This document shows, one piece after another, positions 1 through 7,004 of a stretch of DNA of 9,931 nucleotides. The stretch is from assembly GCF_006345805.1 (NCBI RefSeq), contig NW_021827622.1:1-9931 (forward strand), in the 5' to 3' direction. Both the position numbers and the translations under genes were made by a program. Each line of letters begins with the position of its first letter. The stretch's first letter is position 1. This stretch comes from Octopus sinensis (lineage: Eukaryota). The notes below the pieces were generated by a model. That model was not told the DNA's origin and made no database searches. It saw nothing but the letters and a program-made list of their open reading frames with translations.

Positions 1-179
1 GTCGCCCATGCATACCAGCCTCCCCTTACCATACCACCGATGTTATCCAAGGGAAAGTTAAAGGCCGATACAGCTTGGCACCTGTGATGTCGCAACTCAT
101 TTCTACAGCTGAGTGAACTGGAGCAATGTGAAATAAAGTGTCTTGCTCAAGAACATAACCCACAGCCCGGTCCGGGAAT
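1..179 (-). mobile_element. tRNA-derived SINE body, head cut mid-B-box, runs off the window start
   Basis: CCCGGTCCGGGAAT (166-179) nearly matches CCCGGTCTGGGAAT (947-960), the B-box flank of the SINE at 635-986. GTGTCTTGCTCAAGA (138-152) resembles GACACTTGCTCAAGG in the post-tRNA core of the SINE at 7087-7513. Family identity is from recollection of octopus repeats. Confidence 0.7.
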
Positions 180-197
180 ATATATATATATATATAT
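178..197. repeat. (AT)10 microsatellite, probably the tail of the adjacent fragment
   Basis: Direct reading. Confidence 0.95.
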
Positions 198-254
198 TCT
201 TTTACTTGTTTCAGCCATTTGACTCCGACCATGCTGGAGCACTGCCTTCAAGAA
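197..254 (-). mobile_element. 3'-terminal fragment (~58 bp) of the SINE/LINE tail module
   Basis: The reverse complement TTGAAGGCAGTGCTCCAGCATGGTCGGAGTCAAATGGCTGAAACAAGTAAAAGA matches the 3' ends at about 1670-1732, 3559-3600 and 7087-7147. Confidence 0.85.
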
Positions 255-602
255 AGTAACAAAAGTTAGGAGAAGAAAGATGACCGATGGTCACGTGGGA
301 GCCACGTATGCAAGGGAGGAAGAGTGAGGGAGAGAGATTGACAGACAGAGAACTGTGAAGCGAAGAGGAAAAAATTGAAGATAGGATAAGTGATAAAAAA
401 CAGGAGGAGAGAAGGGGAGGTAGAATAATATGAGAAAAAAAACGAAAGAGTAATATGATCGAATAATAGAAGGAGGTAAAAGAATAAGAGAGAGAACGAG
501 AGAAAACGAAAGAGTAAAATGATAGTTGAGTGTGCATCTCCATTGATCATGTGGCTCCCACGTGACCATCGGCTATCGGCTATCAACAAGCTGACACCAG
601 CT
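252..602. mobile_element. Unclassified non-autonomous element with 22-bp inverted repeats and a purine-rich core (MITE- or Helentron/HINE-like)
   Basis: Perfect inverted repeat at 284-305 / 551-572. Internal 21-nt direct repeat at 439-459 / 503-523 (one mismatch). AGCTG-acac-CAGCT hairpin at 589-602. Bases 252-352 are homologous to 7925-8027. The class assignment is inference. Confidence 0.5.
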
Positions 603-634
603 ATATAAATGCACATACAGATATAGATTGACAT

Positions 635-986
635 GATGGAAGCACTCCGTCGGTTACGACGACGAGGGTTCCGGTTGATCCGACCAACGGAACAGCCTGC
701 TCGTAAAATTAACGTGTAAGTGGCTGAGCACTCCACAAACACGTGTACCCTTAACGTAGTTCTCGGGGAGATTCAGCGTGACACAGAGAGTGACAAGGCC
801 GGCCCTTTGAAATACAGGTACAACAGAAACAGGAAGAAAGAGTGAGAGAGAAAGTTGTGGTGAAAGAGTACAGCAGGGATCACCACCATCCCCTGCCGGA
901 GCCTCGTGGAGCTTTAGGTGTTTTCGCTCAATAAACACTCACAACGCCCGGTCTGGGAATCGAAACCACGATCCTACGCCCGCGAG
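635..986 (-). mobile_element. 5'-truncated tRNA-derived SINE with a 10-bp target-site duplication
   Basis: AGATTGACAT flanks the element at 625-634 and 985-994. A B-box-like GGTTTCGATTCCC lies on the minus strand (955-967). A second copy is at 8419-8625. Confidence 0.9.
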
Positions 987-1312
987 ATTGACATACAAGC
1001 ATAGGCACACAATATTCACAAAATACAGTATATAATTTATCGTGTATCTAAAACTGTTTGTCAAGAAAAGTAAAAATACTAGATTTCTTCAGGCTGTTTT
1101 CCTTCGCACATAGTTAACATAATTTTAGCCACAAATTTTTTTCTATATTTTACACAATGATCTGAGTTTCTCCGTTGTGACTACGTTGATCGGTATCGAA
1201 TTACGATTTCTCAATGGAATTTTTCCATTGAGTGAAACGATTTATAACCAATCTATATAACTTCGTCTTTGTTAAAATACTGCTAGAGAAAAAAGTATTT
1301 TCCACATGGTAT

Positions 1313-1732
1313 AGTGGTAGCCGAGTGCTTGAGAAACTTGCTTCCCAGTTATATGGTCCTTGGTTCAGTCTACTGTGCGGCAACCTGGGCAACTGTCTTC
1401 TAATATAGCTCCAGGCCAGTCAAAGCCCTGTGAGTGGATTTGTCAGACGGAAACTGAAAGAAGCTTCGTCATGCATATATTATTATACGTATATAGTACT
1501 AAAATGCGCGTGTGTGTGTGTGCCTTTGTTTGTGCTTGTCGTCCACAATCACTTGACAACCGACGTTAGTGTATTCATGTGCCCGTAACTTGGCGGTTCA
1601 GCAAAAACCAATACATTAAGGAGCAGGCCTTTAAAATAAGTGCTGGGGTCAAGTCATTCGACTAAAATTCTTCAAGGCTGTGCCCCGGTATGTCCGCAGT
1701 ATAATGGCTGAAGCAAGTAATGGATAAAAGAT
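1313..1732 (+). mobile_element. Near full-length diverged tRNA-derived SINE with internal (TA)/(GT) tract
   Basis: A-box-like TAGCCGAGTGC (1318-1328), B-box-like GGTTCAGTC (1362-1370), core GTGAGTGGATTTG..GACGGAAACTGAAAGAAGC, and 3' module AAGGCTGTGCCCCGGTATGTCCGCAGT. It is colinear with the reverse complement of 7087-7513. Confidence 0.9.
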
Positions 1733-1734
1733 GA

Positions 1735-1985
1735 GTGTGTGTGTGTGTGTGTATGTGTGCATGCGCGCGCGCGTTTCAGTTTGTCCCTCACTGCCGTTTG
1801 ACTACCGGTGTTAGTTTGTTTACGTTCCCGAAACGTTGCTGTTATTCAAAGGAGACCAACTGATTAAATACCGGGCATTTAAAAAGTAAGTACTGAGGTT
1901 GCTTTTTCGACTAAACCGTTCGAAGCGGTACCCCAGCTAGGCCGTAGTTCAATGACAAAATCAATGAAATATAACAGATATAAGA
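1735..1985 (+). mobile_element. Second, more diverged 3' half of the same SINE family
   Basis: Starts at a (GT)n tract, then GTTTGTCCC...TTGACTACCGGTGTTAGTTTGTTTACGTTCCCG...TTCGACTAAA...AAGCGGTACCCCAGCTAGGCCGTAGT, colinear with about 1510-1732. Confidence 0.8.
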
Positions 1986-2092
1986 CGAAAGAAATCTCAG
2001 CGTATTTGCCTGTGCACGAAGACTTCATGTCGCCAAGAGAATGTTTACCTACAAATCTCACAGCTGTGTTCACTAATATTTCTGTCCAATGA

Positions 2093-2675
2093 GGCGGCAG
2101 AGCTGGTAGAATCGTTAGCACACCGGGCGAAATGCTTAACAGTATTTCGTCTGCCGCTACGTTCTGAGTTCAAATTCCGCCGAGGTCGACTTTGCCTTTC
2201 ATCCTTTCGGAGTCGATAAATTAAGTACCAGATACGCACTTGGGTCGATGTAATTGACTTACTCCGTGTGTCTGTCCTTGTTTGTCGTCTCTGCGTTTAG
2301 CCCCTTGTAGGTTGTAAAGAAATAGGTATTTCGTCTATCTTTACGTTCTGAGTTCAAATTCCGCCGAGGTCGACTTTGCCTTTCATCCTTTCGGGGTCGG
2401 TTAAATAAGTACCAGTTATGCACTGGGGTCGATATAATCGACTTAATCCGTTTGTCTGTCCTTGTTTGTCCTCTCTATGTTTAGCCCCTTGTGGGTAATA
2501 AAGAAACAGGTATATCATCCGTTTTCATGTTCTGAGCTCAAATTCCACAGAGGTCAACTTTGCTTACATCCTACTTAGATCGATAAAATAAATACCAGTC
2601 GAACACTGGGGTCGATGTAATCGATTTACCACCCCACCCATGAAATGGCTGGCCATGCGCTAAAATTTGAAATCA
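2093..2675 (+). mobile_element. tRNA-derived SINE with about 3 tandem 184-bp B-box-containing units
   Basis: One head (GGCGGCAGAGCTGGTAGAATCG). Units start at 2142, 2326 and 2510. GTTCTGAG(T/C)TCAAATTCC recurs at 2161, 2345 and 2529. Confidence 0.9.
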
Positions 2676-3166
2676 GTATTTTCGCGCAATAATCCTTTGT
2701 GTAGTAAACATTTCACTTCGTAAAGTTTTCTCCCGATGCTGCTGGCTATTTCGATTCAAAAGTCACCAAATTTCAATTGATGCTTAAGCTTCCAAATGTC
2801 CATCAATAAAACCGAAGGTTAGATGATGAAGATAGCTGGACAAACAAACACTGTTTTTTCTCAAAGAGAGTCTTATATTCGATGTTTACGTGTTTGAAGC
2901 AATGACAATCTTTATATCAATGCTCAAGGTGAGACAAAAAAAACGAAGGACGATGATTATCATAAACCAATTCGCTGTGAATTGTTTTTCTACGTTTTAC
3001 CAGAGCGAACAGGATTTTAAAGATGAAAACAACAGGATGTCTCTGTTACAAAGAATATAAACGTTGTGTTTCAAATGAGCGTTTGTTGTAGAATTTCCTT
3101 GGTTATTTTATTTTAAGTAAATTGCTTGAGGCGTCGGTTTTCGGTCAATACTAGTTATATCACACT

Positions 3167-3169
<3 letters not shown>

Positions 3170-3204
<35 letters not shown>
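3170..3204. repeat. (AC)n microsatellite
   Basis: Direct reading. Confidence 0.97.
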
Positions 3205-3205
<1 letters not shown>

Positions 3206-3390
3206 CCTTGGGAAAAGGTTCGAACTCTGATGTCATATATCTTGACTTCAGTAAAGCGTTCGACAGGGTTGACTAAAATATTTTACTCTCAAAATTGGCA
3301 AATGTTGGAATCTGTGGAAAACTTCTACACAGGATTAAATATTTCCTGGCGAATAGAACACAAGAAGTTGTGGTCGATGGAGTTCACTTT
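3205..3390 (+). pseudogene. Non-LTR (CR1/Jockey-group LINE) reverse-transcriptase fragment
   Basis: The frame starting at 3205 reads ALGKGSNSDVIYLDFSKAFDRVD*NILLSKLANVGICGKLLHRIKYFLANRTQEVVVDGVHF. This has the YLDFSKAFD RT motif and the GI-G-LL..I..FL..R.Q.VVV.G signature. There is an in-frame TAA at 3274-3276. Confidence 0.92.
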
Positions 3391-3558
3391 CCTCCTCCTT
3401 TATACGGCCATTGGTATATGCATAGCAAATTAAGTTAAATGCATATTCATATTGTCTTTAAAACAAACTAAAAGTTTAACTTCAAAATGCATCTTTGTAG
3501 AAACATCAAAAAATCTCAACGAATCAAAACACCATTCATAGTGTAATAAACGTACACA

Positions 3559-3653
3559 AAAGGCGGTAACCCAGCATGGCGGCAGTCATATGACTGTAAA
3601 ATATAAAAGTAAAATATAAAACAAGTAAAATATAAAAGTAAAATATAAAACAA
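3559..3653 (+). mobile_element. 3'-terminal SINE/LINE tail fragment with an expanded tail
   Basis: AAGGCGGTAACCCAGCATGGCGGCAGTCATATGACTG, followed by a perfect 2 x 29-nt duplication GTAAAATATAAAAGTAAAATATAAAACAA (3596-3624, 3625-3653). Confidence 0.8.
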
Positions 3654-3660
3654 TTACAGC

Positions 3661-3700
3661 ACATTAGATTGCAACACATTAAATTGCAACGCATTAGATT
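3661..3700. repeat. Degenerate 15-bp minisatellite (~2.7 units)
   Basis: ACATTAGATTGCAAC / ACATTAAATTGCAAC / GCATTAGATT. Confidence 0.65.
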
Positions 3701-4225
3701 CTATGAATACAGAATCTGAGATTAATTGTAGATTAAATATAGACTTTAGAATTCGCGTTTTAACTCTATGAACGCCATAGAATCACTTTTAAGTATCCCA
3801 AAACTAATTTACTGGGCAATCAACCAGAAGACTTGTTAACCAAAAGTCAATTATATACTAATAGAATTTTTTTCATTTCTTGGCGAAATAATCATCAAAA
3901 TTGAAGAATTTTCCAATTTACTGTTGTGGAACAATAATATTTCAATTATAAAGTATTTCAAAGTATCACTAATAAACAACAGCTCAGATTCACTCCGTTT
4001 TGATATCATATGTTATTACTTTCCAATTACCAAACTGATATTTCAAAAAGTCACCAGCAGCCAACGGCCTCATTTTCGCATTGGTGAATCAAAAATTAAA
4101 ATCCATGAGCAAAGAAAGTCTTTAATAATTTTTAAGTAAAAATTATCACAATTCTAACTCTAGAGTCACCATGGTGTGGGAAATATATTCGGAAAAAATT
4201 ATGAAGTAGAATATCTTTACACATA

Positions 4226-4228
<3 letters not shown>

Positions 4229-4282
<54 letters not shown>
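4229..4282. repeat. (AC)27 microsatellite
   Basis: Direct reading. Confidence 0.97.
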
Positions 4283-4284
<2 letters not shown>

Positions 4285-4304
4285 GTATATATGATATAAT
4301 ATAA

Positions 4305-4359
4305 TTATTTACATTATTTATATTTGACGGATATTTGTCTTCATCTTGTTTGTTGTTAA
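4305..4359 (-). mobile_element. Probable inverted 3' end of a SINE-like element with a (TGTAAATAA)-type tail
   Basis: The minus strand reads TTAACAACAAACAAGATGAAGACAAATATCCGTCAAATATAAATAATGTAAATAA. The assignment rests on recollection of an octopus repeat consensus, not on a second copy in this window. Confidence 0.4.
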
Positions 4360-4363
4360 TAAA

Positions 4364-4465
4364 CGGGCATATGGTGTAGTGGTTAAGAGCGCGGGCTACT
4401 AACCCCAAGATTCCGAATTCGATTCCAGGCAGTGACCTGCATAATAATGATAATAATAATAATAA
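4364..4465 (+). mobile_element. tRNA-like SINE head followed by (AAT)n
   Basis: A-box TGGTGTAGTGG (4372-4382), CTACTAA loop (4396-4402), TTCGATT T-loop (4418-4424), then (AAT)n at 4441-4465. The T-stem and anticodon stem are broken, so it is not a functional tRNA. Confidence 0.7.
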
Positions 4466-4755
4466 ATCAATGTGGTAAAATATTATAATAACAAAGCTTT
4501 ATAAAAGAATGATTTTAAGGATAACATAAAAGTACATAGAATTATGCTGCTAAAGAATCAAACATATCAAATATAAAGAAATGAAAGTATACAACCGATT
4601 CATAGTCCCAAAATAACAGATGTACTTCCAGGACATTTCTAAGTCTGTAAACATATTTTTCGCTATTCAGTGCACATATCGTAGGAATTTTAATGTTGCC
4701 AATATAAAACTGAGTTATCCCACTGCTTGTAACTTTCTAGAATCCTTGTAGAACA

Positions 4756-5241
4756 TCAACCAAAGCAAAAATAGAACTTTATGCTATATTTGATATCACT
4801 CAATAACACAAATGCATAAACCCTGGCTCGTGTCCCCAAAACGGTAGACGTCAGACAAAATATAAAGTCAGTTGTGTTGAAACCTTTACACACAATGTAC
4901 ATTCTGACAATGTACATTGTTATTCGTCCAAATGGACAAATTTTCGTTGAATTATAGTATCTACAGTTAATTCGGTGGTCTTCCACAGTCTCAGTTTCCG
5001 TGTAGCCATTTTCACACAAGATATTATGTGGTATCCTTATATATACACACCTACCCTCCGAAACCTTATCATGTCTGCATTCTACTTTGTCAAAATACAT
5101 TTGGGGCTTGAAAGATAAGCACATCATTTTCGACATCAACTGCAAAATTTGAAACCAAGCAAAATTATGCGTATTTTTGGGATATGAAACAAAAACCTCA
5201 AGACATTTTGTCTCAAAGATACCTTGAATAGAAATTCCAAT
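4756..5241 (-). CDS. Candidate coding exon or pseudo-exon: 161-codon stop-free frame, Cys-rich, unassigned
   Basis: The frame stays open 32 codons upstream of the listed 129-aa ORF (IGISIQGIFETKCLEVFVSYPKNTHNFAWFQI). It lies in non-repetitive, roughly 35% GC sequence and has about 10 Cys, NST/NTT sequons and an in-frame 15-nt duplication. I recognise no family motif. Confidence 0.35.
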   Translation of the reverse strand: MGISIQGIFETKCLEVFVSYPKNTHNFAWFQILQLMSKMMCLSFKPQMYFDKVECRHDKVSEGRCVYIRIPHNILCENGYTETETVEDHRINCRYYNSTKICPFGRITMYIVRMYIVCKGFNTTDFIFCLTSTVLGTRARVYAFVLLSDIKYSIKFYFCFG

Positions 5242-5863
5242 CTACACCTACAGGCAGACGTACGCATACATTTTCACTGAAGAATTATAATCCATGATAT
5301 CGCTAATCCTTTATTTGATTATAGTAATTATATTCCTTACAAACATACACAAAAACTTAACATCTTTGCCTCACATTGTAATTTCCATAAAATTTCATGG
5401 CTTTTAAAAAATCTTTATAAATAAATACGATACATAAAATACTTTACAATTAATTTTTATCTTCCTACAACATTCCAGATTTACAATTATTTTCTTCTAA
5501 TCTCTCGCCTCATCCACCTTCCATTCATATTTTCTCAAAATTTGAACTCCATTTTATATGTTCGTATGAAAAAGTAAACAGACTATTTATTACTGATGTA
5601 AATGAATTTATATTATGATACGGGGTTGGCGTCTGGAATTTAATATCTAAAGTAGTAATACAGTATTGTTATGCATAAACGTGTATATGGAAGTCATATA
5701 GATTATGTTTAATTAACATAATATTTAGTACCGTTTTGAAAGTGAAAGTACAGCAGTTTCAACGCTTAAGGGCGAATAGTGAGGAGACTAGTTATTGTAA
5801 TTATTGATGTTTCTCCTCATTAATCACCTACTTCACCTAACAACTGCGAAGTTAACAAACAGC

Positions 5864-5963
5864 ATACATTTATACATACATACATACATACGTACATACA
5901 TACATACATACATACATACTACATACACACACAACACACACACACACACTACACAATACACAC

Positions 5964-5995
<32 letters not shown>

Positions 5996-6223
5996 GCACA
6001 CGCATATACATGCACAAGCACGTAAATATGTATTTAGGTATATATATATTATATATATATATATATATATTTTTATCAATATTTATCATATATATATATG
6101 TGTGTGTGTGGTGAGTGTGTGCGTTTATATATGTATATATATATGTATATATGTATGTATATATACGTATAGGTATATATATGTATGTATATATATATAT
6201 GTGTATATGTATATATGTGTATG

Positions 6224-6271
<48 letters not shown>

Positions 6272-6520
6272 CATATATATATATATATATATATTACATG
6301 TGTGTTTGTGTGAATGTGTTTCAGGTCATAATTTTCTGTTAGCGTTTTCTTCATAACTTCTGGACATATACCACATATATAAATAGCAAGTATATGTTCA
6401 TGTATGTGTGTGTATGGGATTTCGCTCGCGAGCATGTGTATGCATGAGTGTATGTGTGTGCGTGCGTATGAGTGTATATGTGAAAGTATTGTGTGTGGTG
6501 TGTGTGTCAGTGTAAGCGCG
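5864..6520. repeat. Large compound microsatellite: (ATAC)n-(CA)n-(TA)n ... (TG)/(TATG)n-(TA)n, then a GT-rich degenerate tract
   Basis: Direct reading. Confidence 0.93.
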
Positions 6521-6857
6521 TGTAAATCCTCAAAACTTTTGTTTTGGTACTAAACAATATTGAAATATTGTTGCTTTTTTGTTTTGTTTTGTTTTCATTT
6601 TTTCACATTTAATGTGAGGCACAGACACCATTATCATTTCTATACCGTTCAATCAGCCAATTTCATAGGTAAAGTTGCAAGACGGCATGGTCACATCTGT
6701 GGGTTTCATACATGTTCATTATGTCTCTATGTAATATTGTTGTCAATATCCAACGTTGTGACTTGCTATAGGCCCTTCCTCATATAAAAGTAAATATACC
6801 CGAATCATTTCATATTTATTCATACGAGGATTATTTTACTTGTCTTTTAAACAGAGC

Positions 6858-6982
6858 TTGGATGCACTCTATTTATATTTGGATGTACTCTGTATTGTCT
6901 GAGGAGTTTGGGTGTACTCTATTTGTATAGCCAGAGGGATTTGGATGTACTCTGTGTTGCTAGAGAAGTATGGATGTTCTCT
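6858..6982. repeat. Minisatellite of five TTGGATGTACTCT cores with alternating related spacers
   Basis: Cores start at 6858, 6879, 6908, 6941 and 6970 (spacing 21, 29, 33, 29). Confidence 0.85.
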
Positions 6983-7004
6983 GCTTCTCTCTTCATATTG
7001 TGGA

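Noticed and set aside
211-938. Overlapping minus-strand ORFs of 92-158 aa
   Set aside because: They are Phe/Ser/Leu-rich translations of a purine-skewed tract and of SINE sequence. The same peptide text recurs at 8390-8653 because the SINE recurs.
2929-3003. Possible 75-nt GT-AG intron (AAG|GTGAGA...TTTTACCAG|)
   Set aside because: The joined frame gives only about 49 unrecognisable codons between stops, with no good upstream acceptor.
3230-3433. 67-aa ORF in the track
   Set aside because: It is the wrong frame; the real signal is the RT homology in the frame starting at 3205.
2756-4056. TTCAAAAGTCACCA at 2756 versus TTCAAAAAGTCACCA at 4042
   Set aside because: A match this short in AT-rich DNA is expected by chance and does not extend.
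4365-4438. Functional tRNA gene
   Set aside because: Only 2 of 5 T-stem and 3 of 5 anticodon-stem pairs form, the ACT anticodon is atypical, and an (AAT)n run follows. It is better read as a SINE head.
6424-6433. GCTCGCGAGC palindrome resembling the vertebrate TCTCGCGAGA promoter motif
   Set aside because: It is a single imperfect match inside a degenerate GT tract, with no CpG island or promoter context.
5804-6435. His/Ile/Tyr- or Val/Cys-rich ORFs (also 4217-4408, 7163-7438, 8151-8507, 8794-9036)
   Set aside because: These are translations of microsatellites.
6858-6982. CRISPR array
   Set aside because: The context is eukaryotic, the repeat is only 13 nt, the spacers are short and related to each other, and there are no cas genes.
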